Shown here piece by piece: positions 9,388 to 18,914 of a DNA stretch of 64,000 bases. The notes under the pieces were generated by a model that was given only the letters and a program-made list of their open reading frames with translations, did not search any database and was not told the origin of the DNA. Made by a program: the position numbers and the translations under genes. Every line of letters starts with the position of its first letter. Within the stretch, counting starts at the first letter, position 1. Source of the stretch: a virus (Duplodnaviria; Caudoviricetes); IMG/VR virus record IMGVR_UViG_3300035660_000007, positions 841 through 64,840 of that record. One strand, given 5' to 3'.

Positions 9388-12300
9388 ATGCCGGTATCGA
9401 AAGCAGAGCCGCGCCCTGCGCGCGGCAGGCCGCCGCGCGACGCCGCTGACTTCAGCGCCCTGAACCGGGCGCTGTCGGAGCTCAGCGGTATGGGGGCCAA
9501 GGCGATCCCCTCCGACTTCCTGCTGAGACTCAGCGGGGAGATGGACGACGCGCCCGGCCCGACCGTCAAATTCCGCGAGCGCACGACCGCGCTCGACGCC
9601 CCCCAGCAGGTATCGTATTGCTACGCCTGCATCAGCAGGCGGGCCTCGGCCGTGGGTTCGGCCCGCTGGTACCTGGCGAAGCCGGACGGGGACAGGGTAG
9701 ACATCGAGAAGGTCGACGAGGGCCTGCGCGGCATCCTGACGCAGCCCAACAAGCTCATGACGTTCAGCGACCTCATGGAGGCGGTGGTCTGGAACCTGGA
9801 CATCGCGGGCAACGCCTACTTGGCCTGGGAGGCCAGCAACGGGCGGGCCGCCAGCAGGGGTCGGCCCGACACGCTCTGGCCGCTGCGGCCCGACTGGATG
9901 AAGATCGACGGGGGCGGCACGGCCGCCGACGTCGTCACGCAATTCATCTACCGGGTCAACAACCGGGACGTGCCGTTCAAGCCCGAGGACATCGCGTGGT
10001 TCAGGTACTATTGGCCGGGCGAGACGCGCTACGGCATGGGGATCGTGCAGGCCATGGCCCGGACCCTCACGCTCGACACCTACGCCACCGAGAGCAACCT
10101 GCGGCTGTTCCAGCAGGGGCTGCAGATCGCCGGCGCGTTCGTCACGCCCGACAAGGTCAGCCCGGACGCCGTCAAGCGCCTCAAGGAGTCGGTGGACCAG
10201 CGCCACAAGGGGGTGGGCAGATCGCACCGCCCGCTGGTGCTGAGCGAGGGCATGGACTTCAAGCAGATGCAGTTCGCCCCGAAGGACGTCGAGTTCCTCG
10301 AGATGATGAAGTTCACGCGCGAGAACGTCTGCAGCGCCTTCGGCGTCCCGCCGGCCCTCGTGGGCATCCTGGAGTTCGCCAACTACGCCAACATGGACGC
10401 GCAGGAGCGGTTCTTCTTCAAGTGGACGCTGGACGCGCTGCTCCGCAAGTTCGCCGGTGTGGTCACGCAGAACATCGTGCGGAAGTACGACGACGAGCTC
10501 CTGTTCCGGTTCGAGTCCGTCGTGCCGTCCGAGCTGGCCATGAAGGCCCCGGCCTGGGCCGCGATGCTGGACCGGGGCGTGATGACCCCGAACGAGGTTC
10601 GGGAGGAGATGGCGATGCCGCCCCGGGCGGACGGCGACTTCTTCTACCAGCCCATCCAGATGCTGACGGTCGGGGAGGGCCAGAAGATCGTGCAGGCCGT
10701 GGAGATCGTGCGGCCGGCCGCGAAGGCCCTGACGGGCGGCGGCGAGAAGGCCGCGGAAGCCCAACCCGCGCCCGCGCCCCGCGACGCCGTCGCCGAGATG
10801 ATGGCGGCGCTGCGCAAGTTCCTGCGCAAGCAGGGCGACCGCGTGGCCGCCAACTTCGGGCGCATGGCCGACCCCGAGACGTTCGGCAAGGTGCTGGAGC
10901 CGCCCGCCGACCCCAACCTATTCGGCGACTACCAGCGGGCGCGGCACCTGAAGGCGCAGCAGGGCGTGAACATCGTGTGGGCCCTGACCGACTGGGAGCG
11001 GGATGACGAGGTGCTGGCAGCGGACCTGAAGGATTCGGTGAGCGCGGGGTTCGCCGATGCCGGCGAGTCCGCCATGGCCGCCATGGGCTTCGAGCTGGGC
11101 TTCGATGTGCTCAATGAGGAGGCCTTGGCGTTCTCGCAGCAGTACCCCATCCGGCTCGCGCACGCGATCAACGAGGAGACGCGGACGGGCCTGATGGAGG
11201 CCATCCAGGCGGGCATTCGGGAGGGCGAGGGCATCCCGAAGATCGAGGCGCGCCTGAACCAGGCATACGACTACGCCGAGGGCTACAGGGCCGAGCGCAT
11301 CGCGCGCACCGAGGTCATGCGGGCCGAGAACCGAGGGACGCTGGAGGCTTGGCGGCAGCAGGGCGTGAAGAGCAAGCAGTGGATGACGTTCGAGGACGAC
11401 CGGACCTGCGAGATCTGCCGCGACCTGGACGGCACCGCGATCCCTGCCGACGGGGACTTCTTCCAGTCGGACTTCGCGGGCGGCTCGAGTCCGCCGGCAC
11501 ACCCGAACTGCAGGTGCCGGATGGTGCCGAGCGTGGGGGCGGAGATGGCGGCCCGGCAGGAGCTGCAGGGGAAGGGTGTGGGCTTCGGCTTCGACTGCTA
11601 CGGGTGCGACGCGAAGACGCTGAGCGACAAGGCCGTGAAGGCTTGGGGCGCGCATGTTGCAAAGCGTACGCCGAAGGCGACCGCACGATATGAGGAGCGC
11701 GCCCGGGCGCTGGCCAGACTGCGCGGCAAGAAGAAGTTCACCTCGATGGCCAAGGATCGGGACGCTGACTATATGATGGCGCGCAACGCTCGGCGGGCGA
11801 AGGCGATCGCGGCATGGCAAGAGCAGAGAGGCATCTCCGAGGGCGCGCGGCTCGCGACCCTGCGCGCGCAGATGACGACCGAGATCGAGAGCAGGGACGC
11901 CGCCGCGATGCTGCTGCGCGAGAAGCCGGCCGACCTCGTCGGGCTCGACAAGGCGCTCGACAGGGCGGCGACCGATGGCGAGGTCCGTGAATACTTCGCC
12001 TGGCGGCACGGCCTTGACGTCTATCCGACCGACTTGGCGAAGCGCGACCTGCTCGCGAAAATAGACGCCGCGCTGATTGGCGTACCCGATGAATTGCGGA
12101 GCCCACTCAATGGGGTCCAGATGGTGGCTAATGCGAAGGGCGAGCGCGGGGCTGGCCTGAACGAAAGTTATGCGTTCCCCATGGGCAATGACGGGCGCGG
12201 GCAGGTATTGTTTGCCGAGGCTGATCTTGACCTGGACTTCGCCTACATGCCTACGCATGAGCTGGCCCATGCGCTGACCGGGTCCCGGGGGTTGTTTAGT

Positions 12301-12594
12301 GAGGAGTTTGAGGTGAACTTCCTGCCGTGGGCTACAGCGAGGCATGATGTCGACCAGGCTCTGATCACGCCGCACGGGTATGCGCAGGCGCGCAAGGCGC
12401 ACGCGGCCGGACTGTCAGCCGAACGAGAGGAATGGGCGGCGGCCCAGGAGGACTGGGCGATCAACCTGTGCGATGCGCTGGGTATCAGGTCCAAACGATC
12501 ACCACAACCCTGCCCGTGGGAGACGCGCCAGAAGGTCGGGGAGGTCCTGGGAATCCCGACGCCCGCGCGGATGCCGGAGGGATGGGTGCCATGA
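9388..12594 (+). CDS. Portal protein fused to a MuF (SPP1 gp7-like) domain and a C-terminal HExxH domain
   Basis: HK97-type portal motifs (GNAY, AFGVPPALVG, GVMTPNEVRE); MuF RAERIARTE...TCEIC...PPAHPNCRC; THELAH and QEDWA. Confidence 0.9.
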   Translation: MPVSKAEPRPARGRPPRDAADFSALNRALSELSGMGAKAIPSDFLLRLSGEMDDAPGPTVKFRERTTALDAPQQVSYCYACISRRASAVGSARWYLAKPDGDRVDIEKVDEGLRGILTQPNKLMTFSDLMEAVVWNLDIAGNAYLAWEASNGRAASRGRPDTLWPLRPDWMKIDGGGTAADVVTQFIYRVNNRDVPFKPEDIAWFRYYWPGETRYGMGIVQAMARTLTLDTYATESNLRLFQQGLQIAGAFVTPDKVSPDAVKRLKESVDQRHKGVGRSHRPLVLSEGMDFKQMQFAPKDVEFLEMMKFTRENVCSAFGVPPALVGILEFANYANMDAQERFFFKWTLDALLRKFAGVVTQNIVRKYDDELLFRFESVVPSELAMKAPAWAAMLDRGVMTPNEVREEMAMPPRADGDFFYQPIQMLTVGEGQKIVQAVEIVRPAAKALTGGGEKAAEAQPAPAPRDAVAEMMAALRKFLRKQGDRVAANFGRMADPETFGKVLEPPADPNLFGDYQRARHLKAQQGVNIVWALTDWERDDEVLAADLKDSVSAGFADAGESAMAAMGFELGFDVLNEEALAFSQQYPIRLAHAINEETRTGLMEAIQAGIREGEGIPKIEARLNQAYDYAEGYRAERIARTEVMRAENRGTLEAWRQQGVKSKQWMTFEDDRTCEICRDLDGTAIPADGDFFQSDFAGGSSPPAHPNCRCRMVPSVGAEMAARQELQGKGVGFGFDCYGCDAKTLSDKAVKAWGAHVAKRTPKATARYEERARALARLRGKKKFTSMAKDRDADYMMARNARRAKAIAAWQEQRGISEGARLATLRAQMTTEIESRDAAAMLLREKPADLVGLDKALDRAATDGEVREYFAWRHGLDVYPTDLAKRDLLAKIDAALIGVPDELRSPLNGVQMVANAKGERGAGLNESYAFPMGNDGRGQVLFAEADLDLDFAYMPTHELAHALTGSRGLFSEEFEVNFLPWATARHDVDQALITPHGYAQARKAHAAGLSAEREEWAAAQEDWAINLCDALGIRSKRSPQPCPWETRQKVGEVLGIPTPARMPEGWVP

Positions 12595-12848
12595 CGATCG
12601 AGGAGTTGCGGGAGCAGATCGAGATGATCAGCCTGCGTGAACTGAAGAAGCGTTGGCTGGAGTTATGGGTCGCCATCGGCGAGACCGGGGCTGAGAAGGA
12701 CGACAGAAACAAGGTGGCAGACCTGCTGCTTGGCCGCCTGGAGAAGGCCAAGGTTGATATTCGGCGGTGCGGTGGCGTTAGTCACGAAGGGCAGCCGGAA
12801 CGCGTGGCGTCACCTGGCGGCAAATCCGAACAAGAGGAGCCGGACTGA
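12591..12848 (+). CDS. Small helical protein, candidate immunity partner of the MuF extension
   Basis: ATGA overlap with the portal-MuF stop; GGAGG RBS. Confidence 0.5.
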   Translation: MTIEELREQIEMISLRELKKRWLELWVAIGETGAEKDDRNKVADLLLGRLEKAKVDIRRCGGVSHEGQPERVASPGGKSEQEEPD

Positions 12849-13189
12849 TGGGCATCGACAACGGCGGGCTGGGGCAGATCATCAGCGGGATCGTGGGGGT
12901 GGCGCTGACCGCCATGGGCGCGCTCGTCTGGATCAGCAAGCGGCAGTCGAAGCAGTTGGAGCGGCAGAACGACGAAAAGCAATCCCTCGTGGAGGAAATG
13001 AGGGCCGAGACCCGTACATACTCGGCGCGGCTGCTCGACGTGATCGAGAAGAACACCGGGGGCTTCGCCACCGTCGTCGAGGTGGTGCGGGAGAACTCCG
13101 GCGCGATAACCGGGGTCAAGGCGGTCTGCAGCGAGATGGTGCAGGCCGTCAAGCAGTGCAACGTGAAGCAGCGGCGCAGGAAGCGGTAG
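12848..13189 (+). CDS. Single-TM plus coiled-coil protein (holin-like)
   Basis: N-terminal TM IISGIVGVALTAMGALVWI, coiled coil, basic tail. Confidence 0.55.
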   Translation: MGIDNGGLGQIISGIVGVALTAMGALVWISKRQSKQLERQNDEKQSLVEEMRAETRTYSARLLDVIEKNTGGFATVVEVVRENSGAITGVKAVCSEMVQAVKQCNVKQRRRKR

Positions 13190-13200
13190 TGGGCGGCGCG

Positions 13201-13238
13201 GGGCCGGCCGAGGACACCAGCCTCCTGCCGGCCGGCCC
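13201..13238 (+). terminator. GC-rich hairpin without a U-tract
   Basis: GGGCCGGCCG / CGGCCGGCCC 10-bp arms plus inner AGGA/TCCT. Confidence 0.4.
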
Positions 13239-13263
13239 GGCCGCACCGCGCAGAAGTCAAGCA

Positions 13264-13280
13264 CCTGGAATATACCGGCG
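13264..13280 (+). promoter_or_regulatory. Late-promoter motif CCTGGAATATACCGGCG
   Basis: Exact repeat directly before the AGGAG RBS of the prohead protease gene. Confidence 0.75.
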
Positions 13281-13292
13281 AGGAGCCTCAAC

Positions 13293-14657
13293 ATGACACA
13301 GGCAACGGCGGCAGAGACGCGCTACAAGATGGCGGGGGCGGCCTTCAACGTCGAGGACAAGAAGGCCCGGATCATAGAGGGCTTCGCCAGCACCGACGCC
13401 CTCGACCTGGGCAATGAGATCGTGGAGCTGGACGCATGGGGGGATGAGGTGCTGGCCGAGTTCATGGCGAACCCGCAGTTTCTGTTCTGCCACGACCCCG
13501 CGATGCCGCTGGGCGGCGCGCTGGCCGTCGAGCGCCGCAAGGGCGGGCTGTGGGCGCGCCTGCAGTTCAGCCAACGCGCCACCCTCGCGGACGACATATG
13601 GGGCATGGTCGACGAGGGGTTCCTCAAGACCCTTTCGATCGGCTACATGCCGGCGGAGTACGCGGAGCCGACTGATCGGACGGAGCCGAGGCGCATCCTG
13701 CGGATGGAGCACCTGTTCGACATCAGCATCGCGCCCATCCCGATGAACCCCGAGGCCACGTTCGACGTTGTCCGCAAGGGGTTCGAGCGCGGCGACCCGC
13801 GCATGTTCAAGGCCTTCGACCCCGCCGACCTCGTCAGGATGCTGAAGGCCGGGGCGGCGGACCTGCGGGCGCTGAAGGGCGCGGTGGCAGGCCACGAGAC
13901 GGCGAAGGCGGACGAGGGCGACGAATGGGACGGGGCCGCGGCGGTCGCGAGCCTGCAGAAGTGGGCGAGCAGCGACGGCAGCGGCGACAAGGACAAGATC
14001 AACTGGGCCAAATACCGCCAGGGGTTCACCTGGTTCAACGGCGAGGACGCCGAGAACATCGGGGCCTACAAGCTCCCGCATCACAAGGCCGACGGGGGCC
14101 TGAAGGTGGTGTGGCGGGGCGTGGCCGCGGCAGCCGCGGTCGTGATGGGCGGGCGCGGGGGCGTGGACATCCCGGAGGGCGACATGGACGGGGTGAAGGC
14201 GCACCTCGGCCGGCACTACGCGCAGTTCGACAAGGAGCCGCCATGGGCGGGGAAGTCGGCGGTCCTACCGGTGACCATAGAGTTGAAAGAGGGTCGGATT
14301 CTTAGCGCCAAGAACGAGGGGCTGATACGCGAGGCGCACGAGCGCCTCGGGCGCGTGCTGGAGACGCTGGGGGAGCCGAAGAAGGCGGAGGATGCAACGA
14401 TCGCGGCCACTGACGGACTGGTCGCGGCCATGAAGTCTGACGGGGCGGGCGATCAGCCCGCCGCGGGCGGCGCGGCCCCCGATGCGGGGGCGGCGGTGCC
14501 CGACGGACAGGACAAGGGCGACGAGGGGCAGGGCGAGCAGCCCGAGGCCAGCGTCGTCGACCTGCTGGCCGACGCGCCGGGGATGCCGACGGACCCGGTG
14601 CTGCGCGAGGCCACCAGGGCGGCGCTCAGGGTGAGCCAGGGTGCCAGGGACAGTTGA
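13293..14657 (+). CDS. HK97-family prohead protease with an extra C-terminal domain
   Basis: IEGFAST...FLFCHD...TLSIGY...LFDISIAPIPMNPEA; then WDG...YKLPHH...VVWRGV...HLGRHY and EGRILSAKN. Confidence 0.9.
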   Translation: MTQATAAETRYKMAGAAFNVEDKKARIIEGFASTDALDLGNEIVELDAWGDEVLAEFMANPQFLFCHDPAMPLGGALAVERRKGGLWARLQFSQRATLADDIWGMVDEGFLKTLSIGYMPAEYAEPTDRTEPRRILRMEHLFDISIAPIPMNPEATFDVVRKGFERGDPRMFKAFDPADLVRMLKAGAADLRALKGAVAGHETAKADEGDEWDGAAAVASLQKWASSDGSGDKDKINWAKYRQGFTWFNGEDAENIGAYKLPHHKADGGLKVVWRGVAAAAAVVMGGRGGVDIPEGDMDGVKAHLGRHYAQFDKEPPWAGKSAVLPVTIELKEGRILSAKNEGLIREAHERLGRVLETLGEPKKAEDATIAATDGLVAAMKSDGAGDQPAAGGAAPDAGAAVPDGQDKGDEGQGEQPEASVVDLLADAPGMPTDPVLREATRAALRVSQGARDS

Positions 14658-14979
14658 GGGTCGCGCCCGCAGGGGCGCGACGGTCGGCGGGTCGGGTTAC
14701 ACCGGGCCGCGCCGCGAGCCGGAGACGGCCGAGGAAGACCGGCGGCTCCGGGTCCAGGGGCGCAGCGGCGCGCGGACGAGGACGATCACGTCGTTCGCCG
14801 GGCCGCACGACCCTGAACAATACAGGGCGGCCATGCTCGCCGCCCGCCTGAGAGTCATGAAGGACATCTTGACGAAAGGTCTGACGAAGCGGTTCCACGA
14901 GCTGCTCGGCGAGGGAATGTCCCCGCAGGAGGCAATCGCGGAGCTGGACGGGGCCGCCAAAGGAGAGGACGATGCCTGA
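14641..14979 (+). CDS. Hypothetical protein
   Basis: Fills the gap between protease and capsid; start uncertain. Confidence 0.4.
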   Translation: MPGTVEGRARRGATVGGSGYTGPRREPETAEEDRRLRVQGRSGARTRTITSFAGPHDPEQYRAAMLAARLRVMKDILTKGLTKRFHELLGEGMSPQEAIAELDGAAKGEDDA

Positions 14980-16318
14980 GGAAAAGGACGAGAAGAAGGA
15001 CGGCGGGGCGAGCGCGACTGCGACCGCCACGCCTCCCCCCGCGGCCCCGACCGTGGAGGAGAAGGCCAGGAAGTATGACGACCTGATGTGGCAGCAGCAG
15101 CTCGCCGACTTGGCCGAGAAGAAGGCCGACGAGATTGCCAAGCAGGTGCTGGCGGCGAAGGTCGGGACCGACGCGTCGCTGGCTCGCATGATCGAGCAGG
15201 CCCTGGCGAAGCGCCTGCCCGCGAACATGCCGACGGCCGCGGGTGCCGAATGGCAGCCGCGACTGATGTTCCCCGCCGGCGTGCGCGTCGCGGAGGACGC
15301 GTTCGGCAATCTGACGCCCGGCCAGAAGCAGCTGGCGGACAAGATGCTGCTGGCCGTCACCGAGGGCCGCAAGTCGCTGAACACCGGGGTGGCAGGCCAG
15401 GGCGCGGAGTTCGTTCCGCGCGAGCTGGCCGCCGAGCTGTGGGAGTGGATCGCCGAGCGGTCCGTGTGCCGCCAGCAGTTCAGGGTGATCGTCATGCCCA
15501 CCGACCCCTACGACCTGCCGGTCTCGATGGCGGGCGTCAGCGTCTACAAGGCCAGCGGCGAGTGCAGCAGCACCACGACCAGCCAGCCGACCACCGCGAG
15601 GCGGACCCTCGACGCCGTCAAGATCATGGCGGACGTCGAGATCTGCGAGGAGTTCAATGAGGACTCCATCATCGCGGCGGTGCCGTGGGTGATGCGCGAC
15701 ATCACCAAGTCGTTCGCGCAGGCCGAGGAGAACGCTTGGATAAACGGCGACGTGAACGTCCCGAACATCTCGGCGATCAACCCGGCCGGCAACAGCGTGC
15801 TGGCGTGCTTCAGCGGCATCCGCCGCCTGGTGTTCGACGGCGCGGCCGCCTGGCGCATCAACGGCGCGGGCGGCATGGTCGCGGCGTTCCGCGGCCTCGA
15901 GACGGTCCTGCGGCCCTACTGGGACGACCCGACGGAGTGCGTCTGGCTCATAGACGCCCTCGCCCGGGTCAACATCGGGACGACGCTGGAGTTCACCTCG
16001 GTCGAGAAGATCGGGGCGGGCTTCGCGTTCAACCTGAAGGGCCTGAGCGGCATCTTCGACGGGACGCCGACCGCGCAGTGCGGCCTGCTGCCCGCCGTGG
16101 ACGCCACCGGGATCATCAACGCGAACGCGGCCCTCAACACCACGCGGCTGTCCATCCTGGCCTACAAGGATGCGGTGGTGCTGGGCGACAGGCGCAGGCT
16201 GACGATCCGCACGGACTTCGACGTGCGCCGCGACGCGCTGTACGTGGTCGGCACCGAGAGGATCGCGATCGCGTTCCCCTACGGCGCCGGCAGCGTCGGC
16301 TACGTCTACGGCTACTAG
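14972..16318 (+). CDS. Major capsid protein (HK97 fold) with an N-terminal delta-like segment
   Basis: GAEFVPRELAAELWE...EEFNEDS...FAQAEENAWINGD pattern; position; strong RBS. Confidence 0.9.
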   Translation: MPEEKDEKKDGGASATATATPPPAAPTVEEKARKYDDLMWQQQLADLAEKKADEIAKQVLAAKVGTDASLARMIEQALAKRLPANMPTAAGAEWQPRLMFPAGVRVAEDAFGNLTPGQKQLADKMLLAVTEGRKSLNTGVAGQGAEFVPRELAAELWEWIAERSVCRQQFRVIVMPTDPYDLPVSMAGVSVYKASGECSSTTTSQPTTARRTLDAVKIMADVEICEEFNEDSIIAAVPWVMRDITKSFAQAEENAWINGDVNVPNISAINPAGNSVLACFSGIRRLVFDGAAAWRINGAGGMVAAFRGLETVLRPYWDDPTECVWLIDALARVNIGTTLEFTSVEKIGAGFAFNLKGLSGIFDGTPTAQCGLLPAVDATGIINANAALNTTRLSILAYKDAVVLGDRRRLTIRTDFDVRRDALYVVGTERIAIAFPYGAGSVGYVYGY

Positions 16319-16376
16319 GCCGCAGGGCCGAGCGGAGCGTAGAGGATTAGGGCGATTGACAGCCGCCCCGAATGGC

Positions 16377-16414
16377 GCGGGGCCGGCCCCGCCGGCCCCG
16401 CCCTTTCACCTTTG
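16377..16414 (+). terminator. Probable intrinsic terminator or attenuator after the capsid gene
   Basis: GCGGGGCCGGC-ccc-GCCGGCCCCGC then CCTTTCACCTTTG. Confidence 0.6.
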
Positions 16415-16427
16415 CAGGAGGAACGAA

Positions 16428-16529
16428 ATGGCCGTCGAAAAGGGCTGCTACGACACGAAGGACGTGAAGGCCGGGTGCTGTGCGACCAAGGGCGGGTCGC
16501 GCCGCAAGAAGAAGCGCCCGAAGCGCTGA
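16428..16529 (+). CDS. 33-aa Cys/basic microprotein (MAVEKGCYDTKDVKAGCCATKGGSRRKKKRPKR)
   Basis: AGGAGG RBS; too short for the ORF track. Confidence 0.55.
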   Translation: MAVEKGCYDTKDVKAGCCATKGGSRRKKKRPKR

Positions 16530-16569
16530 GTCGGCCCGCGCGCCCCCGTCGAACTACGAGGAGGACGGC

Positions 16570-17043
16570 ATGGACACGGTTCGCATTCGGCACGAGGGCC
16601 CGGGCTACAACGAGCCCGCCCAGGTCCTGAAGGACGGCACGATGGGCGTGGGGCTGATGAATCCGGGCGACGAGCGGGACGTCTCGCCCCAGACGGCGGC
16701 CCGCCTCATGGAGAGGTTCCCGGAGGGCTGGTTCGTGATAGTCGCGCCGAGCGGGAAGGCGGCACCGGAACCCAAACCCACGAAAGATGAGCCCGCGAAG
16801 GTCGCGCCGCGCGCGCGTCCCGAGAAGGAGCAGCCGCGGCAGGGCGGCCGGTTCGTCTCCCGCGAGCCGACGGGCGCACCAGCGCAGGCCTCGTCGGAAC
16901 CCCCAGCGGAGCAGGAGGCCGCGGCCCCAGCCCCCTCAGCGACCCAGGACGCGGCTCCCGCTCCGCTGCAGCCTGGCGGCGGGCAGCAAGAGGCCCTGCG
17001 GCCCGGCCGCAGGCTGGGCGCGCGCAAGGCGCCGGGGGGCTAG
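16570..17043 (+). CDS. Hypothetical head-associated protein with a Pro/Ala-rich tail
   Basis: GAGGAGG RBS; position after the capsid. Confidence 0.65.
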   Translation: MDTVRIRHEGPGYNEPAQVLKDGTMGVGLMNPGDERDVSPQTAARLMERFPEGWFVIVAPSGKAAPEPKPTKDEPAKVAPRARPEKEQPRQGGRFVSREPTGAPAQASSEPPAEQEAAAPAPSATQDAAPAPLQPGGGQQEALRPGRRLGARKAPGG

Positions 17044-17046
17044 GCC

Positions 17047-17658
17047 ATGCCCGAAGTCCTCGACCCCTACGCCCTGACGACCCTCGCGCGCGTCAAGGCG
17101 ATGTTGGGCATCACGGGCAGCACGCACGACGACGTTCTGACGCGCCTCATCAATGCCGTCAGCGCCTACATTGAGAAGTACGTCGGTCGCGGCATACTGG
17201 CCCGCGACCATGACGCCTACTACCCGAGCGAGCACGGCGACTCCTTCCTGATCCCGGAGTTCCCCATCAACAGCGTCGCGGCGCTGGCGATCGGGACGGT
17301 CGGCGGGACCTACACGGCCTACGGGGCGGCGGACGAGAACGACGACTGGAGTTGTGACTACAAGGTTGGCATCCTCTACGTCCATTCCACCCGGTTCTAC
17401 ACCGACGTGCGCGGCGTGCACCTGCAGTACAACGCTGGCTATGCCGCGACGCCGCACGATCTGGAGGAGATGTGCATCCGGCTGGTCGTGAACCGCTACC
17501 AGCAGGGCGGCACGACGAGCACGCACGAGGTCGAGAGCGAGCGCGTGGGCGACTACTCGGTGTCCTATCACTTCAGCGACGCCGACCTGACGGACGTGGA
17601 CCGCGAGATATTGGGCATGTACCGCCGGTGCGAGCCCGGCTGGGGGAGGTCGGCGTGA
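17047..17658 (+). CDS. Head-tail connector (gp6/gp15-like)
   Basis: LTTLARVKAML...LINAVSAYIEKYVGR...YNAGY...SERVGDYSVSY. Confidence 0.88.
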   Translation: MPEVLDPYALTTLARVKAMLGITGSTHDDVLTRLINAVSAYIEKYVGRGILARDHDAYYPSEHGDSFLIPEFPINSVAALAIGTVGGTYTAYGAADENDDWSCDYKVGILYVHSTRFYTDVRGVHLQYNAGYAATPHDLEEMCIRLVVNRYQQGGTTSTHEVESERVGDYSVSYHFSDADLTDVDREILGMYRRCEPGWGRSA

Positions 17659-17993
17659 GCGCGACGATGCTGAGGCCGCTATCCGTGACGTTCCAGCGGG
17701 AGCGGGGCGCGGGCAAGTGGACGCTGCAGGCATGCATCTCGTCCGGCGTGCTCGCCCGCGTGTCCGAGGCGGCCCTGCGCGAGGTGCTGGTGGCGGCCGC
17801 GGAGGACGCGCTGATGATCGTGCGGCAGGGCTTGGGCGCGGGCGCGGGCGCGGGGGAGCAGAACGGGGGCGGCCCCTCGCGGGAGGTCGGGGAGGACTTC
17901 GTGGACGCCTGCGATCTGCGCGCCGCCGCGCAGGAGATGGGTTCCGGCCTAGCCGCCGAACTGCGGCGTCGCGCCGGGCTGGCGGGGAACTGA
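17655..17993 (+). CDS. Hypothetical protein
   Basis: GTGA overlap, GGAGG RBS. Confidence 0.5.
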   Translation: MSATMLRPLSVTFQRERGAGKWTLQACISSGVLARVSEAALREVLVAAAEDALMIVRQGLGAGAGAGEQNGGGPSREVGEDFVDACDLRAAAQEMGSGLAAELRRRAGLAGN

Positions 17994-17994
17994 C

Positions 17995-18333
17995 GTGGCG
18001 CTGACCGACCACCTGCCGCATGCCGCCGCCGTCCACAGGCGCTCGGAGGTCGCCGACGCCTTCGGGGGCTTCAGCGAAACCTTCGGGCAGGTCATCGCGG
18101 CGTGGAAGTGCAGATTGTACTTGGGGCGCGACCCGTTCCTGCAGCGGCCGGCGCCCGGGCAGGAGGACAAGAAGGTGCTGCGGCTGATCGGGGAATACGC
18201 GGACGTGCGGACGGGCGACCGGCTGCTGATCGACGCGGTCTGGTACGTCGTGCGGACGGCCTGGCCGGTCCACTGCAGCGGACTATCGCCGGCCCACCAC
18301 GTCGAGGGCGTGGCGGAGCAGTTGAACCAGTGA
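17995..18333 (+). CDS. Head-closure protein (gp16-like), copy 1
   Basis: DAFGG...ADVRTGDRLLID..WYVV...HHVE pattern. Confidence 0.7.
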   Translation: MALTDHLPHAAAVHRRSEVADAFGGFSETFGQVIAAWKCRLYLGRDPFLQRPAPGQEDKKVLRLIGEYADVRTGDRLLIDAVWYVVRTAWPVHCSGLSPAHHVEGVAEQLNQ

Positions 18334-18349
18334 CATATCAAGGAGAAGA

Positions 18350-18895
18350 ATGATGAGGAAGACGCATCACGCGAAGGCGACCGTCCGGCATCTCGACGGG
18401 CGCGGGAACGTCCTGTACCAGGAGGACGGCATCCTGAACGTCTGGCATGATGAGGGCGAGCTGTACCTGCTCTCGCTGGCGTTCGCAACGGGTTATTCGC
18501 TGTACGGCAGCCCGACCGTGGCCAACATGTACATCGGCCTGGACGCTAGGGCATCGCTGGCCGAAGCCGACACGCTGGCCTCGTTGTCCGGCGAGCCGTC
18601 CGGCAACGGGTACGCGCGCCAAGCGGTGAGCACGGCCGGCACCGGGGCGGGCGGGCAGGACTTCGTCATCACGCAGCCAGCGGCAGCCTACCAGGCGAAG
18701 ACGAAGACCGTCACGTTCACGGCGAGCGGCAGCGCGTGGGGGGAGGTCAAGAACTGCTTCCTCTGCACGCACCTCAACGCCGTATCCCCTGCCCAGGGCC
18801 AGCGCCTGCTCTGTAGCCTGACGCTGAGTGTGCCGCGGACGCTGCAGGTCGGCGATAGCCTGCAGGTCGACATGACGATCGGGATTTCAGAATAG
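18350..18895 (+). CDS. Virion structural protein (neck/fibre-module type)
   Basis: MYIGL...EPSGNGYARQAV...VTFTASGSAWG...PRTLQVGDSLQV. Confidence 0.7.
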   Translation: MMRKTHHAKATVRHLDGRGNVLYQEDGILNVWHDEGELYLLSLAFATGYSLYGSPTVANMYIGLDARASLAEADTLASLSGEPSGNGYARQAVSTAGTGAGGQDFVITQPAAAYQAKTKTVTFTASGSAWGEVKNCFLCTHLNAVSPAQGQRLLCSLTLSVPRTLQVGDSLQVDMTIGISE

Positions 18896-18914
18896 ACGGC
18901 GGCGGTAAGACAAG

